Positions 16,501 through 23,030 of a stretch of 31,296 bases of DNA are shown here, piece after piece. A program made the translations under genes and the position numbers. Below the pieces are notes generated by a model. The model searched no databases. It saw only the letters and a program-made list of their open reading frames with translations, and was not told the DNA's origin. How positions within the stretch are numbered: position 1 is the first letter of the stretch; every line of letters starts with the position of its first letter. Origin of the DNA: a virus (Duplodnaviria > Caudoviricetes); IMG/VR virus record IMGVR_UViG_3300017774_005843, positions 1 through 31,296 of that record, one strand, 5' to 3'.

Positions 16501-19415
16501 AAGGGTGCCTGCTGAATTCCAGTTTTTTGCTGTGCTAGGCTCCATGTTGTGCCGTCAAACCAATAGGTCTTGCCAGCAGTGGTAGTGCCATTTAATACCA
16601 CAGTAGATTGATCAATTAGTACATCGCCGTCCGTGGCCAGAGTCAAATTAATCACTGGTTGTGCAATCAATGGCGCCACTGAATCAGGAATGATAAAACT
16701 CACTTGATAAATCTTGTTGCGTACATCGGCATCAGTGTCTGCTGCAAAGATCACTCGAGAACCTTCCACAAGTGCATAGCCATTGATGGTATATCCGGTG
16801 CTGCCATTGATGTCACTGAACGCATCTGTAGCTGCAAAATCTATGATATCCACAGGTGCCTTGCCTTGGGTACCCATGTTGTATAATCTGATGCCTGGCC
16901 GGAACTGAACAACAGGACGCTTGGCTCTAAATTGATTGTCCAACACTGCTGGAGTATTGTTGTATTCAGCAGTGGCATTTATTACTTCAATATGAAACCA
17001 GCGATTACTGCGCGACCAGGCGTTTAGATCCTGACTGGCACGACTGATTGTGATATAGTCTGGCTGACTTGGCTCAACGTTCACTGTGGTAGTATCTGCG
17101 TCAGCAGCATAAGATTCGGGTACCACAAAATCAGTTACAGGTATAAAAAATATGCCGTTGCCTGATGGTTGACCACTGATTCCTTGAGTAGATAGTGGTG
17201 CTCCTGCAGGGCCTCCAGACTCGGCGTTGACCAAACTTTGCTCAACTGTGTCATAGATAAAGTAATGAAAAGTTGACACATGTTGTGCCCCAGTCATTTT
17301 TTGTCCTTGGTGCACGTGGAATGCACCAAAGTATGCCTGACCGTTTATGAACCCCACACGCTGTCTTATGCCCGGCCCGCTACCTACACCAGCAACATAG
17401 TATTCTCTGTTGCTGACAGTGATGGCCTGATTGACCCCTACCCCTTGACCTGATGCTAGAGCAACTGCGGATCCTCCTAGGGTGTCGGACACTGTGAACT
17501 TTTGGCCATTGGCTGCAAAAGATCTCACATAGTATGTCTGTCCTGCCACAAGGCCACCTAGGGTAGGTGTAGAGAATACAATTTGTTGACCAACATACAA
17601 TTCATTTACTTCTAAAGATGTAATGTAATTGGTTCCTGATTCTGTGGAACTGTATGTTAGCAATCCGGGTCCTGAGCCAAACTCTGCTGGTTCTACTGCA
17701 CCAGTAAATCGAACTTTAAGACCATTGGTAAAAGCCACACCATTGGGACTGGTGTAAGAACTTGCTCCAATGATCTGATCAATCAACAGAGTTTGATCAG
17801 CTGTTTGATCAATAAGTTTAATTTGTCCAAAAATTTCTGGATCTGTTCCGTCCTGATAGTATAGTGTATCTTGTACAGCGGTCAACAATGGAATGCGCTC
17901 GAACAATCCAGTAGAATCCTTGTACCACCGAGTGCTGCTGTATTCAGTACCGTAACGGATTGTGAATTTGGTCAAAGGATCAATGGTCTGAATACGGCTA
18001 CAAGAAATATAGTTGGTGCCTGCATTATTAATATAATTGATTTGCCATAGCTGATATCGATCTTCGGGTGGAATCACAGTTGTCTGATCATACTCGATAG
18101 AATCATAACTGCCTGGAAGTCCGTTGTTGGCGGACCCTGATTCTAATGGATCAAACAAGGTGGTTCTCTGCCAGCCACCTGTTTCTGCATCAGTGACAGG
18201 ATTAGTGAATATTAGAGTACGACCATTGAGATTAGTAATACCATCAATACCACCGTATTGAGCTATGAATTCATCAACAGAAATATTGTTTATTTGATCA
18301 AACTTTAAATCAGTGATCAAGTCAACGTTGTTAATACTAGGTAAATTGTAGTAGAAATTTTGTGCAGTCTTGTAAGGCACATTAAAAACCACAATGCCAA
18401 GGTCTTGACCGTTGTCGCTAACACCAAGTACATCTCTTGAACTAATGTTGGGAGTGGCTGGTAGCACTCCACTGATTCCTGGCGCAGCCTGAATCCAAAA
18501 TCCTGGGCCTGTTCCTGGCACACTGTCAACAATGTTGAGTTGACCTTGCATGTTGATTTCATTTTCTGCTGCGTAGTACAAGGTGTTGGGTGCATCTTGA
18601 GGCACAACAAAAGTTACCAGGCCTGAGTTGGATCCATTGCGTGTTACTCCAGAGTTGTAAGCATCACCTCGACCAGTGACAGGAACTGTTTTGATCCAGA
18701 ATGGGAATGCACCGGTTAGATTCAGGTTAAACACATAGGTGTTGCCTCGAGCCAAAGTCAATGTAGGATTGGTTTGTGCGTCAATGGAGTAGGCCGAATT
18801 TTGCAAATTACGCACTCGGTAATTCACAGTTTCTTTGTTGTTTTGTGCAACTTGGAAACTGTAACTGCCGCCGCGAACCAGTTCAATCACAGGATTTTCA
18901 CCAGAGATTCCACCAAAGGTATAAACACCATTGGCTCGTGTGACTGGGAAATTGGCCTGTGTGGGTATGCCTGCAGCAGCAACATCAACCACTGCTGGGC
19001 CAGCGGGCAACCAGAAGTACTGACTGAAGTTCACAAACGGATCAAAATCCACAAAAGGATCCCAACTATAATACTCACTAGAATACAGTTGATCTGGGCG
19101 GCCTGCATCACCACCTTGATATCCCACAGCGTCGTTCATGCCTGGATATGTGATTGCATCACGCACTTGGTCGGTGTCCGGTTTGAGGCTGATCACACCA
19201 GGCTCTAGCTGATAGTCTGCTCGAGTCTTGTTGGGCTCAACCACATATCGGTCATTGGGGTTGACCCCAGGACCCACGCTGCGTCCAATAAAGCCTTGAG
19301 TCTTTTTAAATTGTGGTTCTTGTATCAGCTGGTCTAGGGTGGCTGCAAGAAACTGCTTGTTGGCATCAGTTTGAAAAATCTCAGGTAAAAAGTCAACACT
19401 ACGTACTGTTGCCAT
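4530..19415 (-). CDS. Giant multidomain virion/baseplate protein, 4961 aa (positional equivalent of a gp7-like wedge protein with many adhesin-type domains)
   Basis: Uninterrupted 14.9-kb ORF coupled (TAATG) to gp6 with a GGAGGA SD. Contains 7 FG-GAP-like repeats, 3 CBM5/12-like motifs, G.GY...P.(V/I)T beta-repeats, repeated 'L..G.DYTV' beta-sandwich modules and a 'VKPYH' motif. Confidence 0.85.
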   Translation of the reverse strand: MATVRSVDFLPEIFQTDANKQFLAATLDQLIQEPQFKKTQGFIGRSVGPGVNPNDRYVVEPNKTRADYQLEPGVISLKPDTDQVRDAITYPGMNDAVGYQGGDAGRPDQLYSSEYYSWDPFVDFDPFVNFSQYFWLPAGPAVVDVAAAGIPTQANFPVTRANGVYTFGGISGENPVIELVRGGSYSFQVAQNNKETVNYRVRNLQNSAYSIDAQTNPTLTLARGNTYVFNLNLTGAFPFWIKTVPVTGRGDAYNSGVTRNGSNSGLVTFVVPQDAPNTLYYAAENEINMQGQLNIVDSVPGTGPGFWIQAAPGISGVLPATPNISSRDVLGVSDNGQDLGIVVFNVPYKTAQNFYYNLPSINNVDLITDLKFDQINNISVDEFIAQYGGIDGITNLNGRTLIFTNPVTDAETGGWQRTTLFDPLESGSANNGLPGSYDSIEYDQTTVIPPEDRYQLWQINYINNAGTNYISCSRIQTIDPLTKFTIRYGTEYSSTRWYKDSTGLFERIPLLTAVQDTLYYQDGTDPEIFGQIKLIDQTADQTLLIDQIIGASSYTSPNGVAFTNGLKVRFTGAVEPAEFGSGPGLLTYSSTESGTNYITSLEVNELYVGQQIVFSTPTLGGLVAGQTYYVRSFAANGQKFTVSDTLGGSAVALASGQGVGVNQAITVSNREYYVAGVGSGPGIRQRVGFINGQAYFGAFHVHQGQKMTGAQHVSTFHYFIYDTVEQSLVNAESGGPAGAPLSTQGISGQPSGNGIFFIPVTDFVVPESYAADADTTTVNVEPSQPDYITISRASQDLNAWSRSNRWFHIEVINATAEYNNTPAVLDNQFRAKRPVVQFRPGIRLYNMGTQGKAPVDIIDFAATDAFSDINGSTGYTINGYALVEGSRVIFAADTDADVRNKIYQVSFIIPDSVAPLIAQPVINLTLATDGDVLIDQSTVVLNGTTTAGKTYWFDGTTWSLAQQKTGIQQAPLYNVYDAAGVSFGNNTKYPSTTFAGSKLFSYAVGDTNILDPVLQFPLQYLNINNVGDIVFENNLYKDTFLYVEDNASVTLGIDQGTVQEYQTRTDYQKLIGWQTAAVTSQIYQQFKFNYLGTTLKLDVAVLPQTSIAVPVIKIYAGSVFQDTTTYTYTTTADSTTITLNETYAPEDVIEVLVLSEQTSQIAFYQVPVNLESNPLNENSNLFTLGTVRSHYQSICENLPGLTGKINGANNLRDLGNVVPYGLNILQQSAPLTLAGYFLRSREYNIFSSLQYNGREYLKFKAQMLDAVLSQNIGFRNTAQVLDTAIQDVTLGKLDSQPFYWSDMIPTGVTVASNTYTVGFVTGTTFDTVQVYNYTSANYLGLLVYRNEQLLTRDVNYVVATDGPRITIITPLVTGDTIVINEYANTYGSFVPNTPTKLGLYPAYQPSIVLQKTSTGTIEAIQGHDGSTTPVFGDIRDQVLLEFETRIYNNLKLDGNPVPLDMTDVIPGQFRTTGYSFEEINSILSQDFLSYCGWNKLDYKQQQYQVNNEFTWNYSSAQNKLNNQNMLGAWRGIYRYTYDTQQPEYTPWEMVGLSIRPTWWNERYGPAPYTRDNLVLWDDMAAGYVADPIAPYFAEAYARPGLLEILPTGSEGELLSPAQSIMGTFNETQFQKSWIVGDGGPVEASWWNSSAYPFAAMRVLALTRPAKFFALFADRDLYRYNEDYQQYLYNNRFRLDANGIEVYGNGVSKASYINWIVDYNRITGMDSTDNLTADLKSLDVRLCYRMASFSDKQYIKLYTEKSSPNSTNTALLIPDESYDILLYKNQPFDRVSYSSVTIQRTQAGGFVVNGYSTVQPYFNILESRATGRLQTYTNGGITIRVPTFYTDTVVQVPYGFEFSSVTSVADFLLSYGQFLERQGLSFTEIANGYVLDWPRMVNEFMYWSQQGWDTDAIININPLAAGLTVTKPQAIVDSIRAQTAENSVLDQNSQEFPTRNLNIVRLDNTFVIQALNSNAISFVDLSYTTYEHMVVLSNQSVFGDLIYNPVTGARQSRLNLVAVTSTGWNGSVDAPGFILNQNNVEEWTGTRIYSKGEIVKYKNVFWSALTIVQPSANFNFGDWTQSDYTQIELGLLPNLANKADQLVNSYNINSANIDSDNDLLSYGLIGFRPREYMAALNLDDVSQVNVYRQFLGSKGTALSAELFKGANFGKEAADYDIYENWAVQRAVYGANANRSFFELRLNRALLNSNPSLVQVVVPQQTSDADQTILLSDVWRQSYRLTSPDILPTTTTLPTDIALPTAGYVNINDADITVFDINDVTSLNENIDNIEVGTTIWVAKINNHDWNIYRAQAVPGTVDHVCDNLNDTSRVIFSKEHNLSIGDKLIIKFFDDEVNGVYDVVGIPNINTVNIVFQFVGDRTVANGQGLGFTLQTMRVAQASDIADLPYANEIRSGARVWVDNNGAGAWSVLEKQQAFENITTIVPDQDVVQAGEQFGTSIAQAKNRLAVLIGSPHYAVSDDSSLNQRGGVYVFLRDVSAAYNPVSPLGPNEDAVLTLEIDGVRGYGNAVDFGNQTWAVAGASASLGPQGQANNGYAAVIYRDPALGQPGIIPFAQWQLLTQPGTTSTTTPGAGEFGYSVVMSPDERWMYIGAPGLNQVHAYGVVDWQNQFFRVRGNGVTTTYNISDAIQIDQDTQLKVTVDGEILILGTDYTVNAALTEVELSTAAAIDKLVDIQRIYVQQIDAQTYFDVPQSATSGGGSGVEFTIRRVRNQVGQPGGDLSGSTGLTSFGLGYTVSDTITIAATSFGGGVNGVNDMVLTVTAIGSGGSVNAFTIAYTPPALQTVFDLSTNFFTATNIDSFSVIVNGVLNRPNIDYTFNAGTQQLTFVTVPAAGIGIVINAQGYFKYVNTLTVGGLAADARFGHSVSCSTDGRQVMVGTPDQTVSGQAQAGAVYVFDRNVQRFIRNNDSSNAYTVLGTVTAPVTVYLNNTQLINQDNGIVGAPGTFAVSGNTVTIADELNVGDNIEIETNQFGLIQTVTQNTVAEFCNFGFAVDLCSNNCSLYVGEPQSSVQVYKGGIVERSVNQSRLYGSIAATLANPVLTAGNTLRVNNIDVEVPAVNPTVQGLADAINGLPVGLQSGVPNVLATVTAGILTLSVKNSAAAPYGNKLQVAPGSVGTAFVDLGFRTFVWAQNVASPYPIAFAGFGSSVSIDTSAINLVVGAPRGTLYLEVEFDDGTTIFDVGSTEFFSSIVQSGAVYTFDYLPSDSESVSNPGKFVFGAQISTIEVTPYANFGTAVNYTSGLLMIGAPDADVGDSAETNYGSVFVYENATRSPVWQATAVQQPVVDIRLLNSVFLYNQITSATTEFLDFMDPLQGKILGAARQNIDYIGGIDPASYNSGVSNIRGTTWAASYVGQVWWNTSTVRFIDPNQDDIVYASRRWAQVFPGSSVDVYQWIVSPVPPANYTGVGTVLNNLSYTVNSKLAADGTIVTEYYFWVRGITVTAPRKTLPVSTVASYIENPRASGIPYLAPINASTVALYNSGDFIEASDTVLHIEFDRELTTDNVHVEYELIAQGRADGFLSNNLYRKLQDSFCGVDTFGNQVPDLNLSPAERYGVQFRPRQSMFVDRFEALRNYLTRANSVLKQYPITESRVFNLLNSSEPEPKANSGLWNLRVANLEILSFQNIYAVALGYRYLVQTDSNNRGLWTIYTVQNSDTLLGERVLVLVRVQNFNTPDYWSYIDWYRPGYNSSSKLITEVASFSLLDTLSVPVGSSVKVTANAQGKFEIYLKTDLAWERVGLEDGTIEFSAELWDYALGRFGFDLEVFDAQYYDQEPVIETRKIIQAINEELFIDDLAIERNRSLILMFDYVLSEFSAPEWLVKTSLIDVDHRIRDLVPYQNYIRDNQEFVEDYIQEVKPYHVQIREFNLQYAGFDDFRGDVADFDVPAYFNTSIEIPQYTSPVLLPYQQSTAFNATLTDASNLPASSTVWTQWPYSQWIQNYLLNLINVDIISGGQGYNEAPVVTFVGTAVQPAKGFAVINSLGQVVGVTITTPGVGYSATPVITFTGGNGSGVRAYATMNGSAAAQDYSESVIPTTVDYYSPVRTIRTTMKFDRYQYVPTLTEWNADATYQNGDLVRYDNRVWQADSQDSTAVVGPTFDLENWDLVNAGTYNNGLGLSGVDRTMGLYVAGVNSPGLELPLLIDGVDYPGVQVYGEYFLGDPGVLDAVYQSEFTDTALGNRFSDINVNGGQFIGPYEGYAPEELVNGSEFDTLDFRVFTRPGSDWSLDGHGFEIGTVRYTYEPAVTVAYSWANVVENPVQVLVSNLTTGRDLVSDINYTVNWVNQTVSFVSEVANNDIVNISVYEAGGGSQLYRANYIGADVGSSVIIPVNEAEIFEVAVFVNGQLINSVSLVPYFDAATWSIFDSYEQSAVVIDDNTYYRALQPVPIGVAIDNLLYWFEFVPTLQTQVSFGTTLGFDDGVSLLALGTTSPIQYSWSTPQTQTVVANAALTITKTITAINSLEGTNPANMIVTRNGSRLRPAEGIEWIGDDSSVSFGLPQRGGYQQSIIDPVTDVLVWVDGVVQTQSLGSFVGDFSVSNWDGSNTPGRQVVFETAPAAGATILISVNTVADYVIAINQVQIASTVNTGDVFEIITWNDTSQQNILTQVFVGPVVSGVVINEPYDSTDYDTAVVNDTPGSYDYTAGTSVANNQFNLGRTDIVASRLWVTLDGVRLFEGADYTVENGFLILSSGAIGSTQVMAVTQFTNSVTPEEMAFRIFQDMRGVQAVYRITRATTTELAATVSATADSIQVVDATALSESNLELGVFGVVIIDGERIMYRTRDLATNTISSLLRGTAGTAAADHAVGASVTDLGRGNLLDLEYQDRVVSDTALSDGSTMVYYAPSITDVDFGDSSTVFVDALEVYVGGQRQYPAFITESLYPWIVTDFDPVAVEFLEALPPEGVEVTILIRRGVTWYEPGTGTASNGVALQDTNTRAARFLRGL

Positions 19416-22400
19416 TAATATGATCCTCCGCCGCCACCGCTGTACCCGCCGCCACCTGACGATCCGCCGCCACCTGACGATCCGCCGCCACCTGACGATC
19501 CACTGCTGCTCGACGTTCCACTACCGTTGGTATATCCTGCTCCAACTGTTGGATTAAGTCCGCTGACCGATGTCTGACTTCGAATATTGCTTTGAGTAAG
19601 AGCAGTGATTACATCAATATTGTCAATGGTGGCACCATTGGCAAAAATTTCGCTTGGGGTGCTACGAATTTCGTATAAGTCGCCAAAACTTTTTTGAGGA
19701 TTTAAAGGAACAAGCACCACACTACTAATTATGCTGCCTAGTTCTCGGTGCAAATATGCTGCAAGTTCTGAGAAGTAGAAAGTGTCACCAAAGTTCCATT
19801 TGTCAATTGAAAAGTAATCGTTCATGACTGCCACTACTGAACTCTTGATTTCACTAAAACTAGCAGTGGAGTTGCTGGCACGAATTACTTTGATGGTGGC
19901 TCGTAGTTCGGGTGCCGCTTTGGCTCCAAACAATGGTTTGAATATCACTGAATTCAAAATAATGTTGTCACTCAACATTTTGTAGTCTTGCAGACCCTGA
20001 TACGCTGTGCTAAGTTCATCAATTGATGGCACAGCAGGCTGAAGTACAGTACCTGTTGTGTCACGCAACCAGTTTTGATATGCAGTATAATAAGCCTGTG
20101 TTACCACATACAAGTCAATGATGTTGGTTGTTCCAGGGTCAATTCTACTGCTGAGAGGACTGTTGTGACGATACTGATAGTACAGATCTTGCCGACCTGT
20201 TCTAGCAATCCAGCCTGTTACGGCTACTAGTGTTCTTACACCTGTGGCACTGATGCTGAGTTCGTAGAATGCTGCCTGGTCATACGCATAAAAAACTTGA
20301 CCGGGGCTCCATTCATCTTTGACCAGTTCAAGGTCGTCTAAGCTTGCATAGTCGCTGTTGACTCGACCAGACTCGACCAAGAGATATCTCTGTAGATTGT
20401 CAAAGTCTACTGTTAGTTGGAAGAATACCAATTTTTGTGTAGGGTTGATCTCGGGAGCAACAATTTCATCAAAGAAATCAGGATCATCAGGCACACCATC
20501 ATTGTCTGAATCGCGGAATCCTACCAGGACCTGGAAGTCATCTACATAGCCATCGCTTTCTACAGGCTGGCCAGTAATGGTCATTGGGATATCACCAGGC
20601 AAGCTTTCTGTATCATCTGGTTGTGTATTCACTGCCAGCACGTTCACAAAGTCTTTGATCACTGTGCCGGTTCGGCTGTCATAGATCTGTTGGTCATCAA
20701 AAAAGAAGAATCGTGTTTGCAACACACTACCAAAATTGTAAGCGAGTCCTCGGAAACTGATTGTGTAGTTTTGATTTTGTGTCACAAACTGAACCATCCA
20801 ACTGGCGTCTGAATTGGTGCCAGCAGTGGATCCTGCGTTAGTCAAACTGAACTCAGCATCTTGATCTAAGTTGGTACTGGTAATCAGGTACCATGTGTAA
20901 GGTGTACCTGTGATATCACCGTTGTTGTCGTAGCCAATACCAAAGTTACGATACAATAAAATTTGTTCAGCCATGGCCTGTTCAAGACTCAGTGGCAGAT
21001 CTGTCACGAATAACGGTATAACAGTGTCTACAATTGCACCTGTGGGCACAAAGTTGTTGATGGTTACTGGTCCAGCACCTGATGAAAGATTGCCTATGCC
21101 TCCGTTGTAGCCATCACCAATGACCTGTTGAGGGCTTGCCCAAATTGTGGTTCGTTCATTTACGCGACCTGGCACACCAGTTTGCAATCGATTGTTGGCA
21201 TCAAAATATTGTCCTGGAGGAGCAACAAATTTGACCAGTGCTCCGGTCACAACATATTTAAAAACTGTGCTGGTAGTTGAGCCCACGGGTATTGGTTGTC
21301 CTGCAGCATTTTTAAAGTATCCAGTGGTTTCATTGGCCAGGGTCGTGCTCTGCTGCCAGGTGCTGCCCAGAGTTGATCCTGTGTTGACTAATTGCCGTGG
21401 AAAGTTTGCATAGTAAAACTGCTGCATTGTGCTTTCGCCAACTTGTGGTTGAACTTGATTGGTAATCGCATCAGCAATTTCATTACGGTTGACCCAACTA
21501 AACAAGATTGTGGGCAACACTGTTTGTCTCCACAGCGCACCGTCACTGCCAAATGTGTTGGTAGAACTGTACTTGCCTGTGTTGTCCACAAGGTCAAGAT
21601 ATCGACTGGTACCAATGCTTGCACGGTTCAAGGCCTTGCTTTTCAAGATACTGCTGTACTGAGTGTAAGGAAACAGGTTGTAGTCTTCGCCGTTGACCAT
21701 GCGGTTTTGAGTATAGTATTGTGCAGGAGCACGTTGTTTGATGGCATCAATACTTTCACGTGCCTGACTATTACTCACTGGCTGTGTAATACCACAGGTA
21801 AACGTCAAGGTCTCCAAGTTGCCTTCACGACTGATGTAACTGATAGGTATGGTCACTGCCTGCATTTCTTCAGGGTTGATGATGTATTGTAGACCATTGC
21901 TTGCGCGAACATACGCACGGAATGTGCCCACAGGGATTTCAGAAAACACGCCGTCACCAAACACCATGGTGATCTGATCATTGGTTCTTGAATTTAAAGT
22001 ATAAATGGGTCTTAAAGTTGTTCCCAACTGTTCAGCTGCTGCAGAATAAATGTTTTCAGAATAAGCCCATTCGCGATTGATGTTGCCCACTGTGTCCAAT
22101 TGAAACAACCAGTAGTCTTCATTGTTGACGCCTTCAATGTTGATGTTGACTGTGCGGTTGCTGATGCGCTCGGCCAAGTTAAAGTCCTGGTTTTGCAACA
22201 CGCCTTGCTTGAACATAAAAAAGTATCCTGTGTTGGCACTTTGAAAACCCAGGCTGTCATTGCGAAACAAGATGTTGAAAGGTTGATTGGCCTGCGGGGC
22301 TGGTTCGTACAGATAATCTTCACCCACAGAAGTTGAAGTCAGTGCTTCAAATGGCATGTTCACGCCGTCTACTGTGGCTGTGTAAGGCACGACTGGCAAA

Positions 22401-22984
22401 AATCCTGGCACCAGGTTTATGGCATATTCGTCAGTGCGTACACCCAAAATAGTGTTGCGGTTTCCAGGGCGTCCCACACGCTGTGAATCCACAAGACTAG
22501 CATTGAGAATAGCAGTAAATTGTTCTTGCCAGTCGGGGTTGGTGGGATCAGCCCAGTTTACTGTGAAGTTGGAAAGATTAACCCCTTGATAGTCCACGAC
22601 ATTTTCTGTTGTGGTCACAGAAAATACCTTGAGTAGGCCCTGCGCTGCTGTGTTGCGTTTGGCAGTGTAGCTGACCAAATTAGCCAGGCGCACCACTGAG
22701 TCACGACGCTCAGCTGTGTCCAGGTAGTTTTCACGTGTGTTGAGGTCAGTACGAAAGGCCAGGGCCTGCCCCATGAACGCAATCACATCCAACAGCGCAA
22801 TGTATTCACTAGATTCAATGTAGTCATTGAATGTTTCGGGATAGTACAGGCGCAAGTAATCCACGAAACTTTTGCGTAGAGTTTCAAAGTCATAGCTTTG
22901 AAAGTCTGCTTCGCGATAGGTTTGATAGATCTGTTTCCAGTCTTCAACTCCGAAAATTGCTGTTTGTCTTGTGGTTGTTGCCAT
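19415..22984 (-). CDS. gp6: Baseplate wedge subunit, T4 gp6-like, 1189 aa
   Basis: N-terminal DFETLRKSFVDYLR...FNDYIESS...LLDVIAF...DLNTRENYLDTAERRDSVVRLANLVSY, central 'FGDGVF...P' and 'ESIDAIKQRAP..Y.TQNRMV..EDY' are hallmark gp6/baseplate-J motifs. It follows gp25. Confidence 0.9.
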   Translation of the reverse strand: MATTTRQTAIFGVEDWKQIYQTYREADFQSYDFETLRKSFVDYLRLYYPETFNDYIESSEYIALLDVIAFMGQALAFRTDLNTRENYLDTAERRDSVVRLANLVSYTAKRNTAAQGLLKVFSVTTTENVVDYQGVNLSNFTVNWADPTNPDWQEQFTAILNASLVDSQRVGRPGNRNTILGVRTDEYAINLVPGFLPVVPYTATVDGVNMPFEALTSTSVGEDYLYEPAPQANQPFNILFRNDSLGFQSANTGYFFMFKQGVLQNQDFNLAERISNRTVNINIEGVNNEDYWLFQLDTVGNINREWAYSENIYSAAAEQLGTTLRPIYTLNSRTNDQITMVFGDGVFSEIPVGTFRAYVRASNGLQYIINPEEMQAVTIPISYISREGNLETLTFTCGITQPVSNSQARESIDAIKQRAPAQYYTQNRMVNGEDYNLFPYTQYSSILKSKALNRASIGTSRYLDLVDNTGKYSSTNTFGSDGALWRQTVLPTILFSWVNRNEIADAITNQVQPQVGESTMQQFYYANFPRQLVNTGSTLGSTWQQSTTLANETTGYFKNAAGQPIPVGSTTSTVFKYVVTGALVKFVAPPGQYFDANNRLQTGVPGRVNERTTIWASPQQVIGDGYNGGIGNLSSGAGPVTINNFVPTGAIVDTVIPLFVTDLPLSLEQAMAEQILLYRNFGIGYDNNGDITGTPYTWYLITSTNLDQDAEFSLTNAGSTAGTNSDASWMVQFVTQNQNYTISFRGLAYNFGSVLQTRFFFFDDQQIYDSRTGTVIKDFVNVLAVNTQPDDTESLPGDIPMTITGQPVESDGYVDDFQVLVGFRDSDNDGVPDDPDFFDEIVAPEINPTQKLVFFQLTVDFDNLQRYLLVESGRVNSDYASLDDLELVKDEWSPGQVFYAYDQAAFYELSISATGVRTLVAVTGWIARTGRQDLYYQYRHNSPLSSRIDPGTTNIIDLYVVTQAYYTAYQNWLRDTTGTVLQPAVPSIDELSTAYQGLQDYKMLSDNIILNSVIFKPLFGAKAAPELRATIKVIRASNSTASFSEIKSSVVAVMNDYFSIDKWNFGDTFYFSELAAYLHRELGSIISSVVLVPLNPQKSFGDLYEIRSTPSEIFANGATIDNIDVITALTQSNIRSQTSVSGLNPTVGAGYTNGSGTSSSSGSSGGGGSSGGGGSSGGGGYSGGGGGSY
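19446..19499. repeat. 3 x 18-bp perfect tandem repeat (ccgccgccacctgacgat) encoding (SSGGGG)3 in the gp6 C-terminal tail
   Basis: Units at 19446-19463, 19464-19481 and 19482-19499. The protein ends ...SSSSGSSGGGGSSGGGGSSGGGGYSGGGGGSY. Confidence 0.9.
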
Positions 22985-22989
22985 TCTTG

Positions 22990-23029
22990 TGAGCCTCGTA
23001 GTTTATTTATCGAGACTAAAAACGGCTCA
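22990..23029 (-). promoter_or_regulatory. Late promoter (GATAAATA) inside the loop of a hairpin that sequesters the gp6 Shine-Dalgarno
   Basis: Minus strand AGTCTCG (23017-23011) pairs with CGAGGCT (22998-22992), 7 bp with one G-U. The 12-nt loop ATAAATAAACTA holds TAAATA (23009-23004). The SD GAGG (22997-22994) is in the 3' arm, 9 nt before ATG 22984. An alternative TGAGCC/GGCTCA pairing also overlaps the SD. Confidence 0.6.
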
Positions 23030-23030
23030 G

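Noticed and set aside
1940-19415. Diversity-generating retroelement, intein or intron in the fibre or giant genes
   Set aside because: I saw no reverse transcriptase, no adenine-specific TR/VR repeat pair, no Hint (C...HN) motifs and no ORF interruptions. This was a by-eye check only; a self dot-plot would be definitive.
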